Source: the human T2T-CHM13v2.0 reference genome, Homo sapiens
Assembly (NCBI RefSeq): GCF_009914755.1
Contig: NC_060928.1
Direction: 5' to 3' (one strand)
DNA length: 64,000 nucleotides
The notes below the pieces were generated by a model that had not been told where the DNA came from, did no database searches, and saw only the letters and a program-made list of their open reading frames with translations. A program made the position numbers and the translations under genes. This document shows, one piece after another, positions 16,691 to 35,093 of this stretch; the first letter of the stretch is position 1; each line of letters begins with the position of its first letter.

Positions 16691-17104
16691 TGACTTTTTT
16701 CAGATCATGATGTATAATCACTGGATTCCATCTGATTTTTCTCTTTTTGCTTAATTTTACAAATGAGGGAAACTGAACCCCTAGGTCTTATTGAAGTTCA
16801 CACAATCAGTTGGTATCAAAGTCAGAATAAAATACAGATTTCACTTGAAGTATTAAAATCTCAGTCTTCAGGTTTCCAGTTTGATGACTGCTATAAAGTG
16901 CTCTAAAATTTTGGAGAAATAATCAGGGAAAAAAGTTAGAATTCTACCTGCAGAAGTGCTCCACTCAGATGTCAGCCTCTCATAAATGATGAAAGAGGAA
17001 CTGAAATCAAGGTGATGAGACTTTTCCCTTGGGCCTAGGTTACAGCTAAAGAAAACCATAACCTCATCAGTTGTGTTGTGACCTGAACAATTAAAGAAAG
17101 GCCC

Positions 17105-17500
<396 letters not shown>

Positions 17501-17849
17501 TTATTGAAGGATAGTGACCTCTCTGGAATCTAGAATAAGGGGAACAAGTGGCCAGAGGCTGCCAGGATGTGCACACTCCTTGGGAAGAAGGGTAGAATTC
17601 TAGGTCTAAATGATCCACCCTGGATTTTCAGACATCATTATCCCTGGAGTAGAGAAAAGGCACCCACCAGGCCCTCCACAAACTTGGCTGGAAATATTTC
17701 CAGATAATATCCTATTTTCCCTTACTGTTACTCTTTCTCTACTAGACAACCCTCTGGCCTATGACATGGACTTTCTCACCTGGAGGAAATGTCTTATGCA
17801 GCTAACCAGCTGCAGGGTCTCAAGTCAACCTAAATTAATAAAAAATAAT

Positions 17850-19160
<1,311 letters not shown>

Positions 19161-19303
19161 TGAGGATTTGCCAGGATCAATCCACCAGTCTCCCTCTTTG
19201 AATCCTCTTTAGCAACAAAATGCTTACAAATTTGAAAGAATTTTCAGTACTATTTTTAATCACCTTATCCTCTCTCTAGTAAGAGACAGAAATAGTTACA
19301 AAC

Positions 19304-20562
19304 TATAGTGGTGCTATGGCTTGCCATCAAAATCTCACTTTCATAATGAGACATCCCTCAGCTCTGGGAGTGCTTGCCACCTGCACACGATCCTCGTGTC
19401 AGCCCTCTTCAGAAACTTCCATGGCTAAAGAAAGCTGCCATGCCCAGGGGCAGCCTGAATACATTCTACAGGTATAAAGGCTTGGCCTGTCTACCAACTT
19501 AGGACAACTGTGAGCTTCAGAGCATCTGAACCCTCTGTGGGATCAGCTGAAGTCTTTGTTATAATGGCATCTGATGTACCCCAATGCAATTTGGCCAGTA
19601 ACAATCCAGAGTTACCTCCAATCCCACAAGTTAAGGCCACAGTCCCAAGCAAGACTGAAGATGTCCCCACTCCAGACACCATCCATAAGTTCAGGGGTCT
19701 GCAGGCCACCAGCACTCCGGCCCAACTGGCTACAAATTCAGAGTTTCTCACAATTCCATCATATTTGATAATTTACTAGAATAACTTATAAAACTCAGGA
19801 AAGCACTATACTTATGGTTGCTGTTTTATTATAAAGGAAACAAATCAGAGCCTCTGTGTCCTCTCCCCATGGAATTAGAACATGTGACCCTCCCTCACAT
19901 CCATGTCCTTACAAACTAGGATGTTCCACTGAGCTTCAGTGTCTGCAGTTTTTATTGGGGTTTCATTATGTAGCCATGATTGATTGACTGAATCATTGGC
20001 TCCATGATTCAACTCAATTTCCAGCCTCCTTTCCCTGCTTAAAGGTCAAGAGATTGGGCTGATAACATGTGGCTCAAAGCTTCAACCCTTTAATCACATG
20101 GTTGGTCTTTCTGGGATGACCAGTTCCCATCCTGAGTTATCTCCTTAGCACTAATTCAGATGTCGTCCAAGGGCCCAACATAAAGAGAGTAACTCTTTAG
20201 GGAATAAAGGGAATACATAAACCTAAAGAGAATAAAGGGAATACATAAAGAGAATAAAGGGAATATATAAACCAGGATACACAAACCAGGAAGTCACTGC
20301 ATATTCACTAAAGAGAGCAACAAAGATACTCTTATGACTTGGGAGACCCCAAGGATTTAAAATGAACCAATCCCGTGAACCAGGGATAAAGGCCAGTCAA
20401 ATTCATTGTCATGCAACAGCATCACAGTCAACTTTTCCTTATCTGATTCTACTTTTATCTTTTCTTTCCACTGATATTGATCCTAAATGTACTTCTTAAT
20501 AAACATTCTAAATGCTAATCTTTGCCTCAGAGTCTAGTTTTCATGGAAGCCGACCTAAAAGA
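19304..20562 (+). mobile_element. 5' LTR (LTR16-like, ERVL) interrupted by a minus-strand MER21-like LTR (~19571-20420)
   Basis: Similar to 40864-41582 at both ends (AATAAAC...TGCTAATC); followed directly by a tRNA-Leu-type PBS. Confidence 0.7.
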
Positions 20563-20564
20563 TT

Positions 20565-20579
20565 TGGTGCCAGAAGTGG
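20565..20579 (+). other. Primer-binding site, tRNA-Leu type
   Basis: TGGTGCCAGAAGTGG matches 14/15 to TGGTGTCAGAAGTGG, the complement of the tRNA-Leu 3' end; typical of ERVL. Confidence 0.7.
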
Positions 20580-21564
20580 TGCCAGAAAGAAAGCAGACAT
20601 TATGATTGGATTTTGGAGTTGGTCACCCATTGCTGGCTGGCAATGAATCTGTGGTGGAGGTAGGACACAAGGAAGCAGGGCAATTGTTAAAACTTTCACC
20701 TGTAGCTTACTGGGAAAAAAGCATGTGGTGTACTGCAAAAGGCATGCAGTTCTCACATATGGGGGAACTGGTAACTATAAGCTCCCTAGAATTTGATGGC
20801 TATTGCTAAGTAGAATTAATATTTTGGGGAGAGATAATGAAAGGCTGGAAGTTATTTATCTGCAATTCAAAACTAAGCATGAAAACCAGAAATCCTATGA
20901 GGGAGCATATAAAAAGGTTTTCATTTCTTGCAGTGGAAAGGCAGAGAAAACTGAAAGGCAGTTCCAGGACTTAAACATAATAGTAGCAGAAAATTAAGTG
21001 GAAACTTCCAAAGAAGATTAAACTCTCCACTTAGGCAATTGTGATATACCAAGGTTAGGACCCTGGATGGGAAATAGTGGGACTCTGACACATGGGTGGG
21101 GACATCTGGGTTGATGTACTTGAAAAATTTTGAATCCCTAGATTCCCCTCAACCCACTGAGTCTGCCAAAGTACTCTACTTTTCTGTATTAAAAGCTCGT
21201 GTTCCTCTCTTGTAAAATGATGCAGAGGTTTCCTCTCTGCAGAATAACGTCTACCACCCTTTTCAGGATACATAAACCAGGAAGTCACTGCATATGATAT
21301 TCCAGGGACATCACTACATATGATATAAGTATATCATAAGCATCCATCTTTGGCTTAATTTGGTTGTTCAGATTGAGAACTTCCTTTGACGTTTGTCCAT
21401 TTATTTTCCTCCAGATGCCTTATTTAATTTATTGTCTCCAAAACTTCTGTAAGTAAAGTTCCTTTGACTGCCATTTCTTACAGTGGGAAGGCAGAAAAAA
21501 GTATATGATATAAGTATCACATGATACAAGGTCATATCACTACATATGATATTCCAAGAACATC

Positions 21565-21928
21565 TGATACGGTGTGGCTGTGTCCTAACCCAAATCTCAT
21601 CTTGAATTGGTGTTCCCATAATTTCCATGTGTCTTGGGAGAAACCTGGTCGGGGGGTAATTGAATCATGGGGATGAGTCTTTCCCATTCTGTTCTACTGA
21701 TAGTGAGTAAGTCTCAGGAGATCTGATGGTTTTATAAAGGGGAGTCCCCTGCACATGCTCTCTTGCCTGCCACCATGTAAGATGTGCCTTTGCTCCTCCT
21801 TTGCCTTCTGCCATGATTGTGAGGCCTCCCCAGCCATGTGGAACTGTGAGTCCATTAAACCTCTTTCCTTTATAAATTACCAAGTCTTGGGTATGTCTTT
21901 ATTAGCAGCGTGGGAACAGACTAATACA
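21565..21928 (+). mobile_element. THE1-type MaLR solo LTR
   Basis: TGATACGGTGTGGCTGTGTCC...CAGACTAATACA. Confidence 0.9.
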
Positions 21929-22032
21929 TCAGAGGACACATAATATTGGCATACAATCCTACTCAAAGAAGCTGTAGGACCCAGCCAACAGGTACCAGCA
22001 GGAACCAGAAGAGTTGGCACAGGACCAAATTC

Positions 22033-22334
<302 letters not shown>

Positions 22335-23629
22335 AAGGACCGAATTCTGAAGGTTATGAATGTCAGGGTGGGGAGGTGGAGCATACAGTTAGATAAGGGA
22401 GAATTTATCAAGTTGGTAATACTCTCCTAGCATACAAGATTTAACACTCATGCAAGGATCCTGGGTGATAGTGTGAACACACTTAGGATGTCATCTAGAA
22501 GCACAGAGAAATCAATGGCTCACAGTACACCTGGTTACATAGAGATGCCAAAACTGCTTTGGTTTACATTGTAAGGAGGGACTAAATGGCTCAAAGAAGT
22601 GAGCTTGCTAGAGTGAATATACTTATATAAAAATGGAAAACCCAACAGATGAATATATTTCAAAGGAAAGTTCAGAGTATACACCACTTACCAAATCAAT
22701 AAGGCATTATCTGGTTAGAGAGGAATCAGCATCACTCTAAGACTCAGCAGTGGTTCTCCCTGTAGTCCAGGGTGAAGACAGAAGATACCATTTCAGAACT
22801 GGGTTCACTGAGAACAGTAGAGATGATGGAACCTTGTAACACTGAAGTGACATGATGGCACTCAAACTTCAACAGCCAAATGGACACTGCAAGGCAAGAG
22901 CGGCAGTCCAGGGGGCTTTACCCACAGATGTTTTGGAGATGACAAATAAGCCATCTGGAGCAAAAGAACTGGGCAACCATCAAAGAAAGTCTTCAATCTG
23001 AACAACCAAATTAAGCCAACAATGGATGATCAAGAGGTTAAAGGCTGATGCTCTGATACAAAGTCATGATCACTTGCCCAGTTTCTGGACTTGAACCAGT
23101 TTTTGGACCTAGAATATATTTAATTGGAGGGAGAGGGCATGTCCCTAGAAGAAAGAACTCTGCAGCACCAGCACAAGTGTACACAGTAATAATTCCCCAA
23201 GTCCTTCCCTCAAGTGATCTATAGCCATTTACTTAGGTGGCCATACACTGGAGAAAAGGGAATATCTAACGATTTCAAGGACATCATGGACACAGTGTGT
23301 AAAATGACATTGATACCAAGAGACTCAGAGTTTCATTATTGGCCCTTTCTTAGCATGGAGATATATGGAAATCGAGACTGGATGTCTGGCCCAGGTCCAG
23401 CTCATGGTAAGTCTACAGCGTTCTCAAACTACTTGCTATGCCCCCAGTATACAAACATACACATAGAATAAACATCATTAGTAGTTTGTGCAACCCCCAT
23501 ATTAAATTCTGGATCTGTAAGGGGTAAGAGCTATCATACTGGGGAATTCCAAGTGGAAGTTTAGGAAGTTGCACACACTTCCCATCCCCTGAAAACTCAG
23601 CCAAGATACTAAACAAAAAACAGCCCAGG

Positions 23630-26322
23630 GTGGAATTATCAGTTTCAGCTCTGGCGTGTAAAGAGCTTGGAAGTTACTGCTCCCTTTCTTACAAGAAGAA
23701 TAGCTGAACAAACTGAAAACCAATGGCTTTTCTTAGAGCCATTAGAGAACCAGGTTGCAGGGTAAATTGCCATGCTGAAATCTGAAGAGATGTGCAAGTT
23801 CAAAGAGTCACAGCAGAGGTCTGCTTACTTTGAGCAGAAGCAACCAGAACCATAAATTGGTAGAAACACTTAAGTGGTTACTTTGACAAATTTCTAGAGT
23901 CTGAGTATGAACTGTCGATGATGAGAAACTCCTGGGTATTTTGATGTCAGGGAGACCCCCAGACTTTAATGGGTTTTCCTCCAGAAACCCACTCAGTTTG
24001 CACAATGAAAAGCTAAGAAAGATGTCCCCGTGGCTCAGGCAGAGAAAGAGAAGAGTAACCATTGTAAAGCATGCCCAGAACATTGTCCATATAGAAGTCC
24101 TACTTTTCAGGGAAAAGACTTTATGGGAGCGTTATCCCAACTTGGAAATGGGCATTTCACCTGCACCCAGCCCACTAGCCTTATTGTCTACCTAAGGAAA
24201 TTTTAAAAAGCTAACAAACATTCGTGAAGGTCACAGCTCAGGGACATAGGCCTATTAAAAGACTAAGATTTAATTACAGGATTACAAAAGAGGCCAGGCA
24301 CAGTGCCTCACACCTGTAATTCCAGCACTTTGGAAAGCCAAGGTGGGCAGATCACTTGAGCCCAGGAGTTCAAGAGCAGCCTGGGCAACATGGTGAAACC
24401 CTATCTCTATGAAAAATACAAAAATTAGCCAGCATGGTGGCAGGCGCCTATAGTTCCAGCTACTCAGCAGAGAAGCAGGGGTGGGTGTGAGCACTGAGGC
24501 AGGAGAATTGCTTAAGCCTGGGATGCAGAGGATGCAGTCAGCTGAGATTGCACCGCGGCACTCCAGCCTGGGTGACAGTGAGACCCTGTCTCAAAAAAAA
24601 AAAAAAAAAATTACAAAACACTTTCCCTTCCCACTCCTTTCTACCACACCAACATAACTCTAGTATAACAGCAGTGGATTACAGCTGGAAAAGGTCCAAG
24701 ACACAGACTCTAACTAATGCTTCATTCTTAGAGAATCCCAAAGTCAACAGGGGAGACTAGAGAACACTAATGGAATTTGAAACCTCTAGCCCCTCTAGCT
24801 ATAGCAAACATTAAACACAGTTCAACTTCTAGCCAGATTAACATAAAACCTCACACTAAATGCCTATTTACTTCGGTTCCTATTACCCAATGCATCACAG
24901 TAGATTTCAACAGAAAATTGCAAGGCATACTAAAAGACAAGAGAAAACATAGTCTGAAGAGACAAAGCAAGCATTCGAATCAGGCTGAGATACGACATAG
25001 ATTTTGGAGTTATCAGACAGGAAATTTAAAATAACTATGATTAATGTGTAAAGGACTCTGATGAAAAAAGTAGACAGCATGCAAGAGCAGATAGGTAATA
25101 GATGAAAAAATAAAAAAGAAATCCTAGGAATAAAAAATATTATAACATAAATGAAGATTGCCTGTGATGGGCTCATTAATAGATTGGACATGACCAAGGA
25201 AAGAAACCATGAGCTTGAAAATAGTTCAACAGAAACTTCCCAAACTGATATGCAAACAGAAAAAATAATTGAGACCAGAACAGAACATACAAGAACTTTG
25301 GGACATTTCAAAAGTGTAACTATGTGTAATTCGTACCAGAAGAAGAAGACAGACAAAAAAGATCAGAAGAAATATTTGAAATAATAATGGTAAAAAAATT
25401 TTCAAAATTAATGACAGACATACAACCACAATCCAGGAAGCTGAGGATGGATCAAACAGGATAAATACCAAAAGGATATTTGCATACAACTATGCAACAG
25501 GATATGCAAACAGGATATGCATACAACTAGGCATATCATACTCAAACTGCAACAAAGCAAAGATAAAGAGAAAATATTTAAAGAAGTGAAAGAAAAATTT
25601 TTTTTACCTACATAGGAACAATGATAATAATCACAGTGGACTTCTCATCAGAAAACTGCCAGGCATAGTGACTCATGCCTATAATTCCAGCACTTTTGGA
25701 GGCCGAGGGTTGGGGACCACTTGGGCCCTCCACGGTAGTTCAAGAGCAGCTTGGGCAACATAGCAAGACCCAGTTTCTATCTGGAAAAAAAAAAAAAAAG
25801 AAAGAAAAGAAAAGAAAAAAAAAAAGAAACCAACCAAGCAAGAAAAGAATGGAGTAAACTATTTAAAATGCATCAAGCTATAATTTTAGGTACAGAAAAA
25901 TTATCCTTTAAAAGTGAAAGAGAAGTAAATTTTTAGTCAACAAAAAATGAGAGAATTCATGGCAAGCAGAACTGCATGCAAAAAATATTAAAATAAGTTC
26001 TTCAAGGAAAAAGAAATTATTTAAGTCAGAAACTTAGACCTACATAAAGGGAGAGCATTGAAGAAGGAATAAATGAAGGTAAAATAAAATCTTTTATTTT
26101 TTTCATTCTTAATTGATCTGACAGATAACTGTTTAAAGTAAGAGTAACAATGTCTTGGGAGATTAGAGCATAGAGACAAGTGAAATGAATGGCACCAATG
26201 TAATGAGGGATGGGAGGAAGTGGAGTTATTCTGTTGTAAGTTACCTACACTACACCTGGAGCAGTATAATGTTATTTGAGGATGGACATAGATTAGGTTA
26301 AAATAGATATTGAAAACTCTAG
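23630..26322 (+). mobile_element. Old L1 (L1MD-like) 5' UTR and degenerate ORF1, containing an Alu (24292-24610) and an Alu monomer (~25657-25830)
   Basis: A-rich L1 ORF1-like sequence (GGGCTCATTAATAGATTGGACA, GACTTCTCATCAGAAA); 3' part absent. Confidence 0.75.
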
Positions 26323-27769
<1,447 letters not shown>

Positions 27770-28016
27770 TGTAGCAGGCCAGGTTTCCATTAGCAACCAG
27801 AACAGTTTCCACTAACCCTTTACTATAATTATGAAGTCATAAGTTAAACATTAGAGAACTGGAGAAACCGGTGCCTGAGTATGAGGGCTGGAATGAGAAA
27901 ACAAACCCATTAAGATCCCGCCTGGGTTTTCTCAAACCCTAAAGTCTGATCGAACAATAAAAGCATTCTTACACCTACACCTCATACCAGGGCTCACTTA
28001 AGATTAAGAAACTTTC

Positions 28017-29540
<1,524 letters not shown>

Positions 29541-30146
29541 GATTAAGAAACTTTCCAAGACTCCAGAGAAAGCTTTCCAGACCCTAGACCCTAGTTAAAG
29601 ATTAGATATAGAGTGAATGAAACACTCCTGCTTGTAGATGCAATTCTACATGTAGCATGGAGCTTAAAATGTATGTCAGCACTAGCAAAAAACTTGTAAC
29701 TTTGAGTTGGTATGGTGAGTTACTTCGACCTTCTCTCTGTAACTGGTTGCAGAAATAAACTCCCTTCTTTCCCAGTCTGTCTGCATCTTGTTATTGGATC
29801 ACAGAAATGAGCAGCCAGACCTTGTTCTGTCCAGGAACAATTCTGGTGACTCCTCAGGGATGGATCTGTGCTCAGTGGCCAGTGGCTTCTAAGTCGACAG
29901 TCATCGGGAGACTCCCAACAGCTGCCAGGTACGGTTTGTCCTGGGGAGTCTCCCAAGGACCTTCCCGGATGCAAAGACCCCCTGTCTCTCTATTACTGGG
30001 GAACAACAGAGGCTGGGAATGGAGCTGCTCAAAGGGTTAAGTAAAACCTGATGGAAAGCTGGGGGTCTATTGTTTTCTCTATTAGAGCTCATGTAGCCAT
30101 TTTTTTCAGTACTGTTGAGGAAACAATAGGACTCCTTTGTATACCC

Positions 30147-30582
30147 GGTCACGGTTAATACTGAGTATCAACTTGATTGGATTGAACGATACAAAGTATT
30201 GATTCTGTGTGTGTCTATGAGGATGTTGCCAAAGGAGATTAGCATTTGAGTCAGTGGGCTGGGAAAGGCAGACCCACCCTTAATCTGGGTGGGCACAATC
30301 TAAACAGCTGCCAGCGTGGCTAGAATACAAGCAGGCAGAAAAAAGTGAAAAGAGAAACTGGCCTAGCCTCCCAGCCTACATCTTTGTCCTGTGCTGGATC
30401 CTTCCTGCCCTTGAACATTGGACTTTAAGTTCTTCAGTTTTGGAACTCGGACTGGCTCTCCTTGCTCCTCAGCCTGCAGACGGCCTATTGTGGGATCTTG
30501 TGATCGTGTGAGTTAATACTTAATAAACTCCCGTTTATATATTCCATGAGTTCTGTCCCTCTAGAGAACCCTGATTAATACA
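30147..30582 (+). mobile_element. MLT2A (HERVL LTR; MLT2A1-like) solo LTR in the ERV1 leader
   Basis: GGTTAATACTGAGTATCAACTTGATTGGATTGAA...CTAGAGAACCCTGATTAATACA. Confidence 0.88.
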
Positions 30583-30672
30583 CCCACTTTACAAAGTTAG
30601 AGGACCTATTTGCATTTGTTTGTGAAAATTCATTTGTTCTGTTGGTCTGATATTAAGTTTAGAGTAGTCAGT

Positions 30673-31458
30673 ATGGGCAACAGGGCATCTATCCCTACAA
30701 ATAGTCCTCTGGGAAAAGCTTTGTCAGATTGGAAGCACGTTGGTTATCTGCTAATGACAAGAAGAGTTAATCTTCTGTTGTAACACATCTTGGCCAATGT
30801 ATGTTTTGGGGTCTGAGAAATGGTAGCCAGTTTTTGGATCTTTAAATTTTCATACCATTTATCAATTAGAATTGTTCTACCAGAGGTCAGGTAAATGAGG
30901 TGAAATACCTTACATCTGGGCATTAATGTTGCTAAGGAAAAAGGAAATAAGCTAACTTGGCAATGCACTGCCAAGTCTGTCCTGACTCACAAGGGGAGGA
31001 AGAGAAAGCCTTTGAAACCCAATTTAATGAATAGTTAATGAATACCCTAAACCCCATAGTGGCTACTGCCGCAGCTCAGGAAAGAGAGGGAATGCTACCC
31101 ATAGAGTACAGGAAGGCAGCAGGGCTACTGTCTCCCTCTAGGACTAGGCAAGGTACTAATTTTGGCCAGGGAGTCACTGAGTCTGGAGCAGGGAAGTTCC
31201 CACTGTAACAATATTCAGTAGGAGTCAATTAGCAAGGAGCTCCAGCCAACATTATTGGGCCTATAATACCACTGTATTTGCTACACAGTGCCCACCTGGG
31301 CAGATGTGCAGGCTCTCCTAAGCATTATGCTCACTGCAGATGAGCGGCAGCTGGTTTTCAATAAAGTGAAGGAAGAGGCGCAATGACTTCATCATGAAAA
31401 TTCAGACAACACAGATCCGGGGGCGGCAATTCCCCACAGGGACCCTAATTGGGATATT
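30673..31458 (+). pseudogene. ERV1 gag remnant
   Basis: ATG GGC AAC start (MGNRASIPTNSPLG, myristoylation-type); capsid-like DPNWD near 31441; multiple stops. Confidence 0.7.
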
Positions 31459-33400
31459 GTAGAGGACATACATCCCACTGTAGCTAACCCATATACTAAG
31501 TTCATTTCTCTTCCTGGAGATTATAAATGGCTGACAGTATTGGATTTAAAAGATGCTTTCTTTTGCATACCCATAGACACAGAAAGTCAACTGTTGTTTG
31601 CCTTTGAATGGATAGATCTTGAAGCCGCAACGTGGTTTCAGTATCATTGGACTGCACTCCCACTAGGATTTAAAAACTCTCCACATATATTTGGGGAAGC
31701 CTTGGCTTGAAATTTAAAGAGTTTAAAATTGGAAAATGGGGTATTGTTACAATATGTGGGTGATTTACTAATACCTAGCCTCTCTGAATGGGAATGTCAG
31801 AATAACACCATTAAAACTCTTAACCACCTAGCCACCCGTGGGTATAAGGTTTCAAGTAAAAAAGCTTAGATATGCCAACAAACTGTGGCATACTTAGATT
31901 TTCTCTTGCAGGAGGGAGCTAGAGCTCTAATAGTGGAAAGACAAAATGCAATCGCTTCCATTGCAGCACCCACTACCAGAAGGTAGTTGAGAGGATTTCT
32001 AGGCAAGGCAGGGTTTTGTTAGATCTGGATTCCTAACTATGAACTACCAATGAAGCCGCTATACAGTCTGTTAAGGGACCTAACAATGATGCCTTCGATT
32101 GGGAGCAAAACACCAGCACTCATTTGGACAACTGAAATGTAAGTTAACCTCCACCCTATTCCTGGGGCTCCCAAATCCTCATAAGCCTTTTCAATTGTAC
32201 ATGCATGAGAGACTGGGTCTAGCACTGGGGATCCTTAACACAGAAATTAGGAGAAATCTTGCAGCCACTAGGCTTACTTTCCTAAACAACTGGATAATGT
32301 GGCCAAAGGCTGTCTCCTGTTCAAGGGCGGTCACTGCCACCTGCCTACTATTAAAGGAGGCTGAAAAGTTGACTTTGGGACAGCCTGTTACTGTCTACGT
32401 GCCTCACCAAGTACTAGTGTTACTAGAACAAAAGGGAGGCTACTGGCTGACAGTGGGCAGATTGAGCAAATACCAGGCCACACTCCTAGATGAACCCACA
32501 GTAAAAGTGCAGGTTACCAGAGCCTTGAACCCAGCTACTTTACTTCCCTCTATCGAAGAGCCAAAAGAACTTATGCATAATGTTTACCAATTATTGACTA
32601 AGGTGTTTTCCAGTCACCCTAATTTAAAGGACACAGCCCTGCCATATGCATACTGGACATTGTTCATGGATGGGAGCAGCCTGGTAACCGACAGAAAAAG
32701 AAATGCTATATATGTAATGGTAACGTTTTCAGAGGTCACAGAAGCCAGGACTTTACCACTAGGAACCTCTGCACAGAAGGCAGAACTGATTGCCCTTACA
32801 AGAGCCTGCAGTTGTTCCAGGTAAACAAGGCACTTGGAATAAATTGCAAACTATACTCAGCATGGAGACCACAGTCTTCTGGACAGACTGAAAGGAAAAT
32901 CCAGCACTAAAAACAGTTATTGCCAAACTGTGCCAGGAAACTCAACCAAAATGAATTCAGGTACTTGGCATTGCATTGCTCTGGGTAAGAATGACCTCCC
33001 CAGATGTGGGATTAGGTTAAGTCCTGTGAAATGATACATGAGAGACCCTTTACTGCTAATCCATCTTGGGTTACTAGGGTGCCCCTTAATAAGAAGTCAA
33101 CTATTAAACATTGTGTTACTCACTTGGGACAAATTCGTAACGTTTTGCATAAGCTTGCTTTCAACAACAGCATTGTGAACTCAGCAGAGCCACGCCACTC
33201 TTTCCAGTCCCGTGATCAAGTACTGCTAAAGAGTAGATGGGAACGGGCCCAACTCAGCAGCTACAGGAGAAATGGAAAGGGCCCTACTGGTGCTGCTAAC
33301 TGCCAATTTCAGCACTGAAACTGGCGGGCATCAAGCCATGGATCCACTACACATTGTAAAGAAGTTCCTGCCAAAATAAATGTTCATAACAGAGGTCCCC
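31459..33400 (+). pseudogene. ERV1 pol remnant (RT, RNase H, partial integrase)
   Basis: [29 protein letters not shown] (YVDD mutated); RNase H FMDGSS and SAQKAELIALTRA in ORF 32099..32824; IN-like AWRPQSSGQTER; stops, frameshifts and deletions. Confidence 0.88.
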
Positions 33401-33538
33401 AAGATAGCCAAATAGGAGGCAGAACCCCTCAAAGTCCTAAGATTTCTGTACAAAAAAGATAGGATTTTTTAAATAATATTTTTTCTTACTACATCTTTTG
33501 TTGTTTCTTTCTATACTCCTAACCTTTTCCTATGATGG

Positions 33539-33894
33539 TGTATTAGTTCAGATTCACACTGCTTTAAAGATACTACCTGAGACTAGGTAAAAGGAAAGAT
33601 GTTTAATTGACTCACAGTTCTGTATGGCTGGGGAGGCCTCGGGAAACTTACAATCATGGCAGAAGGTGAAGGGCAAGCAAGCGTGTTCTTCACAAGGTGG
33701 CAGGAGAAAGAGAGCAAGCAATTCCTACACTTTAAAACCATCAGCTCCTGTGAGAACTCACTCACCATCATGAGAACAGCATGGAGAAAATCACCCCCAT
33801 CATCTAATCACCTCCCATCAGGTCCCTCTCTCGACACATGGTGATTTCAACTGGAGATGAGATTTGGGTGAGGGCATTGAGCCAAACCATATCA
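33539..33894 (-). mobile_element. THE1/MST-type MaLR solo LTR inside the ERV1
   Basis: TGTATTAG...GCCAAACCATATCA; 5-bp TSD (G/A)ATGG. Confidence 0.88.
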
Positions 33895-33899
33895 AATGG

Positions 33900-34520
33900 G
33901 CACAAGATTATGCAGATAGATTACAACAAGACTCGTGCTGGGTCTGTGGTCTATTACCCCTCTCTATCACCAAGGCACTGCTTTGGTGGGCCTCCCCTAT
34001 ACAATGAAAAGATTAGGTTTCTTTATAGATCTTAAACAATGGACAAGGTTGCAGATGACTGGGGTAACTAGAAAAAATATTTCAGAATGGCCTATAAAGA
34101 AAACTTTAAATGATCACAGATTCCTCCTTGAGCTGCAGTTAAAACTGAATGTTGTATGTATGTTCCTGATAACTCAGGAAACATTGGTTTAGCTTTAAAG
34201 GATATGCACCAACAGATCAAGGCAATCTCTAGTCCTGCACTGTCTCTCCATGAATTGACAGCACCTTGCTTTGATGGGCCACCTTCCTGTGGCAGAAAAT
34301 TGTTGTTGTCTTAGCTATCCTCCTGGGCGTAAGTATAACACTATGCTGTGGACTATATTATTGTTGTATGCTGTTCCCAAACATTCCTTGAGCTCATAAG
34401 ATCATGTTTCAACAAGCACTGCCTTTGAGTCCCCAAAGTTGAGAACATTACCAATGCCAAATAAACAACTTCCATTCCAGTGCCCCCTGACGATGACCCT
34501 CTCCAGCAGGAAGTAGCCAG
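33900..34520 (+). pseudogene. ERV1 env remnant
   Basis: TM-like KTECCMYVPDNSGN at ~34141-34182. Confidence 0.6.
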
Positions 34521-34741
34521 AGAGAATACATTGCTCACTTCCTCTTAGTTTGCCACATCATAGTTTGTACTCTTGTACTAATCTTTTAACAAATCAGTGC
34601 TTGGGAAAATTAACTAACATGATAGAAATCATGTAAAAATTGACAGTGGGGATTGTGGTGAGCTAGGTTTCCATTAGCAACCTTTACTATAATTTTGATG
34701 AGTGCACAAGTTAAACATTAACTTATCTTAATATTAACTTC

Positions 34742-35093
34742 CTCCATACTATGTGTGGAATTGCGCCTACAAACAGGAGTGTTTCATTCAATCTATATCT
34801 AATCTTTAGGGTCTCGGGTCTGGAAAGCTTTCTCTAGAGTCTTGGAAAGTTTCTTAATTTTAAGTGAGTCCTGATGTGAGATGTATGTGTAAGAATGCTA
34901 TTATTATTATTTAGGGTCTGAGAAAACCCAGGCAGGGTCTTAATGGGTTTGTTTTCTCATTCCAGCCTCATACTGAGGCACCAGTTTCTCTAGTTCTTTA
35001 ATGTTTAATTTATGCATTCATCAAAACTCTAGTAAAGGGTTAGTGGAAACTTACTCTTCTTGCTGCTGATGGAAACCTGGTCTGCCTGCCACA
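34742..35093 (-). mobile_element. Inverted copy of the ERV1 LTR U3 segment
   Basis: Reverse complement aligns with 27770-28016 plus 29556-29663 (e.g. GGCTGGAATGAGAAAACAAACCCATTAAGA; AGAGAAAGCTTTCCAGACCC). Confidence 0.92.

Noticed and set aside
32099-32824. 241-aa ORF as a domesticated retroviral gene
   Set aside because: It has a non-ATG start, a frameshifted N-terminal part and a truncated RNase H, and the upstream RT is YVGD with stops; consistent with neutral decay.
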